A stretch of DNA of 64,000 bases, from assembly GCA_017470165.1 (NCBI GenBank), contig JAFUEX010000016.1:5020-69019 (forward strand), in the 5' to 3' direction. Within the stretch, counting starts at the first letter, position 1. Each line of letters opens with the position of its first letter. Shown in pieces: positions 50,551 through 59,451 of this stretch. Position numbers and translations under genes: made by a program. Source of the stretch: Alphaproteobacteria bacterium (GTDB taxonomy: Bacteria > Pseudomonadota > Alphaproteobacteria > RF32 > CAG-239). Below the pieces are notes generated by a model. That model made no database searches, was not told the origin of the DNA, and saw only the letters and a list, made by a program, of their open reading frames with translations.

Positions 50551-51150
50551 TCACCTCCAATCAATCCCTTTTATAAATTTATAGAGTGTCGTGTAATCAA
50601 CCTTCAGCATTTTGGCAATTTGTTTCTTTTGCATTTTTTGCGCTAATAATGTTTTGATTAAATCATCTTTGCCCGATAGTTTGGTAAATTTGTTTTTACT
50701 TCCCTTTGTCCTGCCGATATGCTTTCCCTCTGCTCTCAATCTGTCTAAACAACGTTTTGTTCTTTGAGAAATCATTGTTCTTTCTATTTCTGCTGACAAT
50801 CCAAATGCAAATGCTAACACTTTTGATTGAATATCACCGCCCAGTTTATAATTATCTTTAATCGTCCACACCCGACAACCGATATTTATACAATGATGAA
50901 GTATGGACATAACTTGTAACAAATTACGCCCCAGCCTGCTCAACTCACTGGCAATAATAATATCATCTTGCTTTATCTTTTTTAACAAATGACCCAGCTT
51001 GCGTTCATCCAAACTTTTGCGTGATGAAATTGTCTCTTGCACCCATTTATCAATGATAATATTATTATTTTTAGCAAATTGCTCTATTTCAAAATGCTGA
51101 TTTTCATTGCTTTGTTTATCTGTTGAAGTCCTAATATAACCGTAAATCAT
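50551..51150 (-). CDS. serine recombinase (resolvase/invertase family)
   Basis: MIYGYIRTSTDKQ nucleophile motif, SELSRLGRN, EIERTMISQRTKRCLDRLRAEG, and a C-terminal HTH (QIAKMLKVDYTTLYKFI). Confidence 0.85.
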   Translation of the reverse strand: MIYGYIRTSTDKQSNENQHFEIEQFAKNNNIIIDKWVQETISSRKSLDERKLGHLLKKIKQDDIIIASELSRLGRNLLQVMSILHHCINIGCRVWTIKDNYKLGGDIQSKVLAFAFGLSAEIERTMISQRTKRCLDRLRAEGKHIGRTKGSKNKFTKLSGKDDLIKTLLAQKMQKKQIAKMLKVDYTTLYKFIKGIDWR

Positions 51151-51439
51151 AACAAATCCTTTTCAAATATTTATCCAAGGATTTAATCTTTACCATTTAT
51201 TTGCAGATTGAAAAATAAGGAACATTTGAAATCAATCTAATTTATAAGGGGTTGAGAGTCAATAAAAATATAATTTTTTGTTCTGTGAATGGCTTAAATA
51301 CTGGATTTTCTGCTAGCTATGGTTGTGGATATCAATTTTCCACAGCTACCTTGTAAAATAGCGTTCAGTTTTTCACAAGGTATGGTTAAACAGGGCATTT
51401 TAAAATAGCTTCTATTAACTTTTATGAAAGGAAAAATTT

Positions 51440-52126
51440 ATGAAGAAAACTTTATTATTGGCAAGTGCTGCCGCTTGTATATTTGCTTTTAACGCAAATG
51501 CAATGGATTTAGCTCATTATGCTGCTGCCAGATTAACTTTTGGTAAAGTCAAAGTTGACGCTTCTCAAGTATCGCCTACTCAACCGGCTTATAATGGTCA
51601 AGCAAACATTAAAGATAATACTTGGGGATTGAATCTTGCCGCCGGCAGTTCGACTTCGGCTCTAGGTGGGGCATTGCGCGCCGAATTAGAAGTTGGTGCA
51701 AAAGATGGTATAAAAGATGACTACACCGATGCCGCAGGTCGTGCTCGCGGTGCATCGGCCATCATGAAAGCAGACATTCAAACCTATATGTTAAATTTAT
51801 ATTATGATATTAACACTGGAACAGCTTTAACTCCTTATATTAGTGGTGGTATTGGTCTGGCTCATATCAAAGCTAAGAGTAATTATGTTGATGGCACCAC
51901 AACTTCTAATTTAAGCAAGTCAACCAATGAGTTTGCTTGGCAGTTAGGGGCTGGCGTTTCTTATGCCCTGAATGATAAAGTTTCTATTGATTTAGGTTAC
52001 AGATATACTGATTTAGGTAATTTAAAAGGAACAACTCATCTTAATGTTGACCCTGGCAATGCTATCAATATGAAAGCAGATTTTGAATCTCATGAAGTAT
52101 TATTGGGTGTTAGATACACTTTCTAA
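51440..52126 (+). CDS. outer-membrane beta-barrel protein (Omp25/Omp31-type OMP_b-brl family)
   Basis: Signal peptide ..AFNANA; alternating beta-strand pattern; AWQLGAGVSYAL..IDLGYRYTDLG; ends ..LLGVRYTF with a terminal aromatic residue. Confidence 0.75.
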   Translation: MKKTLLLASAAACIFAFNANAMDLAHYAAARLTFGKVKVDASQVSPTQPAYNGQANIKDNTWGLNLAAGSSTSALGGALRAELEVGAKDGIKDDYTDAAGRARGASAIMKADIQTYMLNLYYDINTGTALTPYISGGIGLAHIKAKSNYVDGTTTSNLSKSTNEFAWQLGAGVSYALNDKVSIDLGYRYTDLGNLKGTTHLNVDPGNAINMKADFESHEVLLGVRYTF

Positions 52127-52153
52127 TTAGTTTTATTTCATTAAAAAGACTCC

Positions 52154-52181
52154 AAGGCATCTCAGAACAGATGCCTTTCTT
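52154..52181 (+). terminator. terminator after the OMP gene
   Basis: AAGGCATCT-cagaac-AGATGCCTT followed by TCTT. Confidence 0.55.
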
Positions 52182-52228
52182 ACATCTCAATCAATTCAAA
52201 ATTGCCGTTATAATATTTTACTTCGGCT

Positions 52229-52714
52229 CTATTTTTTTAACCCATAATCTCTGCGATATTGGAAATGGCACAAGGCAATTGCTAAGGCATCTGAGGCATC
52301 ATTGTTTTTCGGCTTACAGCCGGGGAGCAAAATCTTAACCATAGTTTCTACTTGATTTTTAGCCGCCTTGCCTACCCCGACCACCGCTTTTTTTACCTTA
52401 TTGGGCTCATATTCTGTCACCGAAATCCCATATTGTGCCGGCGTCATAATCACCACCCCGCGCGCCATACACAGCCGCATCGTCGAGCTGGGATTCGCAT
52501 TAAGAAACACTTGTTCAATTGCCGCCTCATTCGGCTTATAAGTTTCTATCACCTTGCGCAGAGTTTCATTAATCAATGTCAACCTCTCTGCTATCGGCAA
52601 CTTCGGCTCAGTCGGAATAAAACCGTCCGCCACATAGTGCACGCGATTATTTTCTGTCTCAATCACGCCCCATCCCGTTGATGATAAACTGGGATCAAGC
52701 CCCAAAATTCTCAT
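52229..52714 (-). CDS. ruvC: crossover junction endodeoxyribonuclease RuvC
   Basis: MRILGLDPSLSSTGWGVI ... DASDALAIALCH. Confidence 0.95.
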   Translation of the reverse strand: MRILGLDPSLSSTGWGVIETENNRVHYVADGFIPTEPKLPIAERLTLINETLRKVIETYKPNEAAIEQVFLNANPSSTMRLCMARGVVIMTPAQYGISVTEYEPNKVKKAVVGVGKAAKNQVETMVKILLPGCKPKNNDASDALAIALCHFQYRRDYGLKK

Positions 52715-52788
52715 TTTTCATTCCTTTTTTATCAAAACAGCCGCCGCGGCTTCTTCCGCTGACGGCTGCAACTTCTGCGCTTTGCGTC

Positions 52789-53544
52789 CTATTCGGCCGC
52801 CAATTTTTGCATAACATCTTCGGCGATTTCCGCATTATGATAAACGTGCTGCACGTCATCATCCTCTTCCATCGCATCCACAAAATCCAAAAATTTCTTC
52901 GCGGTTTCAACATCCGTAATATCAGTTTTAACCAACGGCTTCCACTCCAGCCGCGAGGCCGCCGGAGTACCAAACTTAGCTTCCAGATTTTCGGTCACCA
53001 TATTCAAATCATCCGGCAGGGTTTCAATATCATGATGTTCTTCATCGCTTACCACGTCATTGGCACCGGCCTCCAGTGCTGCCTCAAACATAGCATCTGC
53101 CGCCGCCGCTGCCGCCGGATATTCAATAAAACCGATACGCTCAAAATTAAAAGTAACCGAGCCGGTCTCGCCCATCGCACCGCCGCGCTTACCAAACACC
53201 GTCCGCACATTACCCGCCGTACGATTCTTATTGTCGGTCAAACACTCAACAATCACTGCAACCTTCCCCGGACCAAACCCCTCATAACGGGTAGAAACAT
53301 AATCATCGCCGCCGGCTGTCTGGGTCGCCTTGGCAATTGCCCGCTCAATATTATCTTTGGGCATACTCTCGGCTCTGGCCGCCGCAATCGCCAAACGCAG
53401 GCGCGGATTCTTATCCGGCTCCGGCATACCCGACTTTGCAGCAATTGTAATATCTCTTGCCAATTTAGCAAAAACCTTGGCTTTTTTGGCATCTTGCGCG
53501 CCTTTGCGATACATAATATTCTTAAATTGGGAATGTCCTGACAT
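52789..53544 (-). CDS. YebC/PmpR family DNA-binding transcriptional regulator
   Basis: MSGHSQFKNIMYRKGAQDAKKAKVFAKL. Start set at the ATG at 53544. Confidence 0.93.
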   Translation of the reverse strand: MSGHSQFKNIMYRKGAQDAKKAKVFAKLARDITIAAKSGMPEPDKNPRLRLAIAAARAESMPKDNIERAIAKATQTAGGDDYVSTRYEGFGPGKVAVIVECLTDNKNRTAGNVRTVFGKRGGAMGETGSVTFNFERIGFIEYPAAAAAADAMFEAALEAGANDVVSDEEHHDIETLPDDLNMVTENLEAKFGTPAASRLEWKPLVKTDITDVETAKKFLDFVDAMEEDDDVQHVYHNAEIAEDVMQKLAAE

Positions 53545-53685
53545 TGCAACCAAACTCCTTATAAATCATTTAAATTCAACCAAAATTTTATCTGCTTATA
53601 CACCACAGATTCAAAACGCGCAAGCAAAAAGTTGCTCTTTCACTGCAAACGGCGCCTTTTTCAAGGCGCCGCCCGACTATCTTCA

Positions 53686-54435
53686 CTATTGCTTTGATTT
53701 AAGTTTATTCCACCCCGAAGTTTTTACCGCCTGTTCTTTCTGCACCTGCAGCCACTGGCGTATCGGTTCATTTTTCTTTTGCAGCAACATTTTCTGCTCT
53801 TCGGTTTTTGCCACCCCTATCGGTAGCGTCTGATTAAACAGCGCTGGTGACACAAACTCCGACTTATTATTAATCAGCGGGTTAATAATTCCATCCAAAG
53901 TTGCCGCCGCCGGTTTGGCATTAAAAATCTTCGCCCCGCCGCCATAAAATACCACCGCCGCATAACAAGGCGCCGACAACATCAAATCGGTTGAATCTAC
54001 ACCACGAACATAGCGCAGCATTATTTTCGGCTGTATATTACACTTCTCTGCCTTATCAAACAAAATGCTCTGTTCATCCCCCAGCAAATTACGCACCACC
54101 AAATCCTGTATCTTTTGGTTAATTACCCCGCAGAAACCCACCACGGCCAGACCATCCAGCGTATATCCGGTATAGTTTTCCGGTGGCATTGCTACCTGAT
54201 AACAAAACACCTGTTCCGGAGCATTCAAATTGTTAAAAGCCCACGGCCCGATTTCCTCGGCAATCCTGCTCAAAATCTGCGGCTTAGCGGCAGTAGTTCT
54301 ATCCGTTGTTTCAGCAGTGCTCTGCGCTTCCTGCCGCAAAGCCTCCTCCGAAAGGCTGACATTCCCTTGTGCCCATCCTTCAGACACCAAAAAACCTGCT
54401 ACCAGTCCTATCACTATTCCCAGCTTTTTTAACAT
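53686..54435 (-). CDS. hypothetical secreted protein
   Basis: MLKKLGIVIGLVAGFLVSEGWAQG signal peptide, with GGAG 6 nt upstream of the ATG at 54435. No domain was recognised. Confidence 0.5.
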   Translation of the reverse strand: MLKKLGIVIGLVAGFLVSEGWAQGNVSLSEEALRQEAQSTAETTDRTTAAKPQILSRIAEEIGPWAFNNLNAPEQVFCYQVAMPPENYTGYTLDGLAVVGFCGVINQKIQDLVVRNLLGDEQSILFDKAEKCNIQPKIMLRYVRGVDSTDLMLSAPCYAAVVFYGGGAKIFNAKPAAATLDGIINPLINNKSEFVSPALFNQTLPIGVAKTEEQKMLLQKKNEPIRQWLQVQKEQAVKTSGWNKLKSKQ

Positions 54436-54524
54436 AATCATCTCCGTTTCCAATTACTCTTATTTTCAGAGTAGCTTATAACTCGATGACTTACCAGCTA
54501 AATAACCAAGATAATAACATAAAA

Positions 54525-54734
54525 TCAATTTTTGTAATGATGATTGGGATTTTTCTTCCAAATTGCATCCGCAAACGATTTTTTGGCGGCATAAGTCATA
54601 AACAACGGCTCTTCCATCTTCAAAGCACCCAAGGTTTGTTCCAACGCCTCAAAACTCTGATATATTTTTCCCATCAAGGCCATATTGTCGCTGACCACGT
54701 CATACAACATACTTTCCGCTAAATGTTTTTGCAT
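54525..54734 (-). CDS. hypothetical small protein (69 aa)
   Basis: Only an ORF of plausible composition in an otherwise empty gap; no motif was recognised. Confidence 0.3.
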   Translation of the reverse strand: MQKHLAESMLYDVVSDNMALMGKIYQSFEALEQTLGALKMEEPLFMTYAAKKSFADAIWKKNPNHHYKN

Positions 54735-54848
54735 TTTTTCACCTTCATTAAAAATTGCTTTAACACCTCTAATCTAATCGGATTGCCCAATTAAACAAGC
54801 CGCTAAATTTCGAAAAGACGAATCATTTTTTTTGTATATGCAAAAGTT

Positions 54849-55412
54849 TTAGGAGTGTCCTAAGGGCAAACTCAAGCTGGCTTTTTCCACTCCTAACGAA
54901 GCCAAAGCATAAGCCCATTTATCGGCAGCCTCATCGGCAAACAGCCATTGCGGAGGCAATGATGTAACCATCCACATATTCTGAGCAATTTCTGCTTCCA
55001 GTTGTCCGGACGTCCATCCGGCATACCCCAAAACAATCATACACCTTTTCGGCCCTCTTTGGGTGGATATATCTTGCAAAATTTGCGGTGACGAGGTAAT
55101 GCAAACTCCCTCACCGGCCAAAAAAGTATCATCATATATCAGGCTGTCATCATGCAAAACAAACCCCTTATCACGTTCCATCGGCCCGCCCTGATACAAC
55201 GGGATAATTTCTCCGCTCTTTGAGACAAAAGGCAGATTAAACGTCAATTCACTAAAAGACATATTCGGAAAAGGCTTGTTCACCACAAACCCCATCGCCC
55301 CCTCGGATGAATGCGAACACACAAAAATCAGCGAACGGGCAAACTGTCCTTCCAACGATGGCATCGCCGCCAAACATTTACCCCTTAGGTTGTTGATGTT
55401 TATTTTATCCAT
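54849..55412 (-). CDS. YqgE/AlgH family (UPF0301) protein
   Basis: LAAMPSLEGQFARSLIFVCSHSSEGAMGFVVNKP and GYAGWTSGQLEAEI. Confidence 0.85.
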   Translation of the reverse strand: MDKININNLRGKCLAAMPSLEGQFARSLIFVCSHSSEGAMGFVVNKPFPNMSFSELTFNLPFVSKSGEIIPLYQGGPMERDKGFVLHDDSLIYDDTFLAGEGVCITSSPQILQDISTQRGPKRCMIVLGYAGWTSGQLEAEIAQNMWMVTSLPPQWLFADEAADKWAYALASLGVEKASLSLPLGHS

Positions 55413-55495
55413 TGCAGTTATTTTGTTTTAGTTTTATATATCTACCTTAGATATAGGTATTTATTTGATAAAAATCAATTTGGTTTTAAACAAAA

Positions 55496-58222
55496 ATGAA
55501 AAAAACGCATCTTTGGAACGTCTTATTGTTTTTAATCTTGGCCGCCGTCCCCGCCGCTGCACGTGATATTTCTCAATGGCAGGGAGGTATGGTTCTGCTT
55601 GATTTGGACGAAGATGCCCCCGATGAAATTTATGATGGTTCTCAGCTTAAACCACGCCCCGACAACACCTCTCTTTGGCAAGATTTAATCAAATCGGGGT
55701 ATAATTATATCGAAGACGTAAAAAACTACCACGACCTTCTCCCTGATGAAACCATCAACAAAGATTTTAGCGAAGACATCCAAACCAAATACCCGCACTA
55801 TTCCGCCGGTGGTGCTAACGAATGGCAGAATTTTGTCCGCAAAGGGGTCAAAGTTTATCGCTTTTTTACCCAAGCCAAACAAAAAATCAAAGACTGGGTG
55901 CTCAATTATGAACTGCCCGTCATTGTCGACGATAACCAATATGCCACCTCCTCGCCGGAACCATACATCGAAACCGACAAACCTCTGGTTGTCGAAGACT
56001 TTAAGAAGGTAGTCAGCTACTCCAAATCTCCCAAAGACCGTCTGGCTTGGGAAGAAAAATACGCCAAAGACCATAACCAAACCCGCCCCTCACAACTGAT
56101 TCGGTGGTATCGTCAACATCTAATGCAAGGCAAATGGAAAGAGTTGCTTAAAAGTGTCTTTTTTAACCCCGAGCTAAAGCCGCAAAATTCTGCCCCCGCC
56201 GCCCAAGACGACAGCCCGCACTATTTTATGTTTATGGAGCACAAAGGTCTCACCTCTGACGGACACTTTTCCGGCGCCCTCAAAATTGTTATTCCTTCCG
56301 GCAAAATCGCCTTGCTCAACTCTTATAAATATCACTCCGGCCTGCACATAAGTTTTGCCGGTTCTGCCAACACCGGCGAAATCACCACCTATCTTATGCC
56401 CCCGCAAAGCCATCGAATGTCTGACGGCCGCCTCTTATTGTTTTATTCCGACACTTTTGCGGTCTATTTCACCGGCCAAGCGCAAGATGCCGACCGACCG
56501 GTATTGCTTCGCCCGCGCATAAACCTCAGTTTCTGCCAAGATGATGATTGCTTCACCCAAGACAAAACTCTCGAATTAAACTACCGCCCGCTGGGCACCG
56601 ATTCCCCCTCACGCTATGCCGATTTTGTGCGTCAGGTTAACAATCAAACTGCCGACAAACGCGACAACTCCGCCTTCAATGTCGGCGATATGATATGGGA
56701 TAATTCCGAGGCCATGCCGCATCTGCGTCTAACCTTTACCGCCAAGGGCGACCCTTACAACACGCAAATTTACCTGCTTGGTGACTATGCCCAACACTTT
56801 GCCGCCCCGCAAATCAGCTTTGCCGATGGCCGCATCACTGCCCGCTTTCGCCAGATTGACACTTATTTTCAACCTTTGGGCAAAACCATACCGGTTTGGA
56901 TTTTCGGCGAGCGCAACACCCAATATTTCCATTCGCACGAAATAAAAGCAGAATCCTCACTTGACACCTCCGGCAGCAAATTTAATCTCGGCATTCTCTT
57001 GCTGGCAATTTGGGGTGGTTTTCTGCTCAATCTGATGCCTTGTGTTTTTCCGGTGCTGTCACTAAAAATTTTGGCTTTTATCAAAGCAACCGATATCACT
57101 CAAGCGCAAACTCGCCGCCGCTTCGGCCTCAATAGCTTAGGCATAATCACCGCCTTTGTATTACTGGGAATATTTTTAGCCCTGCTCAAAAAGGCCGGTA
57201 TGGTATTGGGCTGGGGAATGCAGTTTCAAAACATCACTTTCCTGAGTCTGGTTATTTGGTCTGTGGTCTACTTTTTGGCCTATTTATCGGGATGGGAACA
57301 TTGGCGCAGCATTACCCCTTCGATACCGCAATCTTGGCGTTTCCTGCAATCTGAAAACACTTTCGAATTTTTGAGCGGCATTTTTATGGCGATATTGGCC
57401 ACTCCTTGTATGGCGCCTTATCTCGGCACCGCTTTGGGCATAGCCTTGGGAGAACCGCCGCTCATCATCTTAATGGTGGTCAGCGCCACCGGCTTCGGCG
57501 CCGCCCTGCCTTACCTGCTGATTGCCGTCTTTCCGCAAACCACCGCCGCCTTTCCTCCTGCCGGCAAATGGATGAACATCCTCAGCTTATTTATGCGGCT
57601 GCTTTTGATTATCACTCTTTGCTGGCTGGTCGGAATATTGGCTTCCCAAAGCGGCGGCGAGCAAATTTGGCACTGGTTGATATATATCATCCTTGCTCTT
57701 CTTCTGTTTTATTTCAAAGCAGTCTTTGTCCGCGAGGTTGACAAACAAGCCGCCGGAGAACTGCGCGATATGTTGCACAAACATTATACGCATCGTTTTT
57801 GGGCTGCCATTATCATAATTGCCGTCTTCAGCATCTTTGATGCCCGCTCTGCCAAGCAACAACGCGACAACCTGCAAACCCAAACGACCATTCAAGAACT
57901 TGATTTGGAGGAGATTTCCCGCGCGGTAGACAATGGCGAAAAAGTGCTCGTCAAAATCAGTGCCGATTGGTGTCTCACCTGCAAATATAACGATGCACTC
58001 GTCCTCAATATGGAGCACATCCAAGACGACCTTGCCGACAGCAATGTACGGGTTATCAGCATTGACTGGACGCATTATGACGAGCAAGTACTCAACTTTA
58101 TGCGTCGTTTCGGTCGCCAAGGCATCCCCTTTTATGTCCTATTTTCACCCAAGTTCAAAGATGGCATCGTGCTGCCGGAAATTCTCGACAGCGACGATTT
58201 GATGGACATCACCAATATGTAG
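55496..58222 (+). CDS. DsbD/ScsB-family thiol:disulfide reductase with an enlarged N-terminal periplasmic domain
   Basis: Signal peptide; a ~480-aa N-terminal domain with FCQDDDCF; TM core with LMPCVFPVL and TPCMAPYLG; C-terminal thioredoxin DWCLTCK. Confidence 0.8.
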   Translation: MKKTHLWNVLLFLILAAVPAAARDISQWQGGMVLLDLDEDAPDEIYDGSQLKPRPDNTSLWQDLIKSGYNYIEDVKNYHDLLPDETINKDFSEDIQTKYPHYSAGGANEWQNFVRKGVKVYRFFTQAKQKIKDWVLNYELPVIVDDNQYATSSPEPYIETDKPLVVEDFKKVVSYSKSPKDRLAWEEKYAKDHNQTRPSQLIRWYRQHLMQGKWKELLKSVFFNPELKPQNSAPAAQDDSPHYFMFMEHKGLTSDGHFSGALKIVIPSGKIALLNSYKYHSGLHISFAGSANTGEITTYLMPPQSHRMSDGRLLLFYSDTFAVYFTGQAQDADRPVLLRPRINLSFCQDDDCFTQDKTLELNYRPLGTDSPSRYADFVRQVNNQTADKRDNSAFNVGDMIWDNSEAMPHLRLTFTAKGDPYNTQIYLLGDYAQHFAAPQISFADGRITARFRQIDTYFQPLGKTIPVWIFGERNTQYFHSHEIKAESSLDTSGSKFNLGILLLAIWGGFLLNLMPCVFPVLSLKILAFIKATDITQAQTRRRFGLNSLGIITAFVLLGIFLALLKKAGMVLGWGMQFQNITFLSLVIWSVVYFLAYLSGWEHWRSITPSIPQSWRFLQSENTFEFLSGIFMAILATPCMAPYLGTALGIALGEPPLIILMVVSATGFGAALPYLLIAVFPQTTAAFPPAGKWMNILSLFMRLLLIITLCWLVGILASQSGGEQIWHWLIYIILALLLFYFKAVFVREVDKQAAGELRDMLHKHYTHRFWAAIIIIAVFSIFDARSAKQQRDNLQTQTTIQELDLEEISRAVDNGEKVLVKISADWCLTCKYNDALVLNMEHIQDDLADSNVRVISIDWTHYDEQVLNFMRRFGRQGIPFYVLFSPKFKDGIVLPEILDSDDLMDITNM

Positions 58223-58238
58223 TCATATTCATTTCAAC

Positions 58239-58270
58239 CAAAAAAGCGCTCCGCAATTTTCGGGAGCGCT
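58239..58270 (-). terminator. rho-independent terminator after ptsN
   Basis: AGCGCTCC ... GGAGCGCT stem, with U6-7 on the minus-strand transcript. Confidence 0.7.
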
Positions 58271-58304
58271 CAGCAACTAAATTCTCTATCAGCTTATTAT
58301 AACG

Positions 58305-58751
58305 CTACAATTCGCTCAACAAGGCGGCAATCTCTGCTGCCGTGCTCATTTTGCGCAGTTTATCGCAATCACTCTCGCTCTTCAAAATACGCGACAGCAC
58401 TGCCAATGCCGTCAGATGGTCAGCTCCGGCATTCTCCGGCGATATCAACAAAAAAGCGATATCCACCGGCTTACCATCCGCCGCATCAAACTCCACCGGA
58501 TAAGCCGCCCGCGCAAAAAACACATAAGGTTCGTTCAATTCGACAAACCTTCCGTGCGGTATCGCCGTGCCGCCGCCAAAACCGGTCGATCCCAAATTTT
58601 CGCGTTCCATAATCGTGTCAAACAAGCTCAAAGCATCCACCTTGCAAACATTGGCCGCACGTTGCGCCAAATCCGACAAGAACTCCCGCTTTGACCCTGC
58701 CTTAACATTAAGAAAAACATTTTTTTCTTTGATAGAGTTTACAATACTCAT
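58305..58751 (-). CDS. ptsN: PTS IIA-like nitrogen regulatory protein PtsN (EIIA-Ntr)
   Basis: GSTGFGGGTAIPHGR active-site His region; sits downstream of rpoN-hpf. Confidence 0.88.
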   Translation of the reverse strand: MSIVNSIKEKNVFLNVKAGSKREFLSDLAQRAANVCKVDALSLFDTIMERENLGSTGFGGGTAIPHGRFVELNEPYVFFARAAYPVEFDAADGKPVDIAFLLISPENAGADHLTALAVLSRILKSESDCDKLRKMSTAAEIAALLSEL

Positions 58752-58762
58752 ACGACGCCGCT

Positions 58763-59317
58763 TTATTTAGGTTCAACCCAACCGATATTACCGTCTTTGC
58801 GGCGATAAACCATATTAAAATTATTTGTAGCCGCATTTTTGAACATCAAAGCGGATTCGTTATTCAAATCCATATACATAACCGCTTCCGACACCGTGCA
58901 AACCGGAATATTGGCTTCCAGCTCGGCAATCGTCAGCGGAGCATCGCTGATATTAACCTCTTCGGCATCTTCGTCATAAGAAAATACTGCCTCATTAGCA
59001 ATCTCGGCCATTCCGGTTTTGCCCTTATGGTCATTCAACTTGGTCTTGTGGCGACGCAAGCGGGTAGCAATGTGCTCGTTGGCCGCATCAAAAGAGGAAT
59101 AAGGATCGCCGGCTTTTCCGGTACCTTTCAAGATAATATTCTTCGCCGGATGAACGGTAACCTCGGCCACAAACTCTTCCTTTTCTTTCGAAAAATTAAC
59201 CGAACAGCTAATAGGAGCCGGAAAATACTTATTAACCGAATTTAAAATGCTCTCTTCAACGTGCGAACGGAGTCTGTCGCCAATATCAACTTGATTGCCA
59301 GATAATGTAATTTGCAT
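58763..59317 (-). CDS. hpf: ribosome hibernation-promoting factor (long HPF)
   Basis: MQITLSGNQVDIGDRLRSHVE...; 184 aa with a C-terminal dimerisation domain (..MVYRRKDGNIGWVEP). Confidence 0.88.
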   Translation of the reverse strand: MQITLSGNQVDIGDRLRSHVEESILNSVNKYFPAPISCSVNFSKEKEEFVAEVTVHPAKNIILKGTGKAGDPYSSFDAANEHIATRLRRHKTKLNDHKGKTGMAEIANEAVFSYDEDAEEVNISDAPLTIAELEANIPVCTVSEAVMYMDLNNESALMFKNAATNNFNMVYRRKDGNIGWVEPK

Positions 59318-59451
59318 ATTTTCTCAACCTTTATTCTGATTAAAACAATCGGCCATGGAACGCCTAATCCAAACATTCCTCTGCCTAACCTTACGAGATA
59401 CTATCTTATTTTGCAGAAGTCAATACAAAAGTCAAAATTAACCTGATAATA

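Larger units (their letters stand above)
50457..52228. mobile_element. putative horizontally acquired low-GC islet (serine recombinase + OMP) between ruvA and ruvC; boundaries approximate
   Basis: Interrupts the otherwise co-oriented ruvC/ruvAB genes. Hand counts of 60-nt samples gave about 33% GC inside and about 47% in ruvA. No terminal repeats were identified. Confidence 0.45.

Noticed and set aside
50457-52228. Candidate flanking repeats of the islet: ..CTCCAATCAAT.. at ~50553 versus ..CTCAATCAAT.. at ~52186, and TTCAAATTT versus TTCAAAATT.
   Set aside because: The matches are short (9-10 nt), imperfect and AT-rich, and one lies inside the recombinase coding sequence. They are not distinguishable from chance without genome-wide comparison.
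52678-53541. 287-aa plus-strand ORF over ruvC and yebC. Similar ORFs at 59812-60639 (over rpoN) and 3996-4502 (minus strand, over rplU and rpmA) were rejected on the same grounds.
   Set aside because: They are antisense shadows of confidently identified genes and have no motifs or translation signals.
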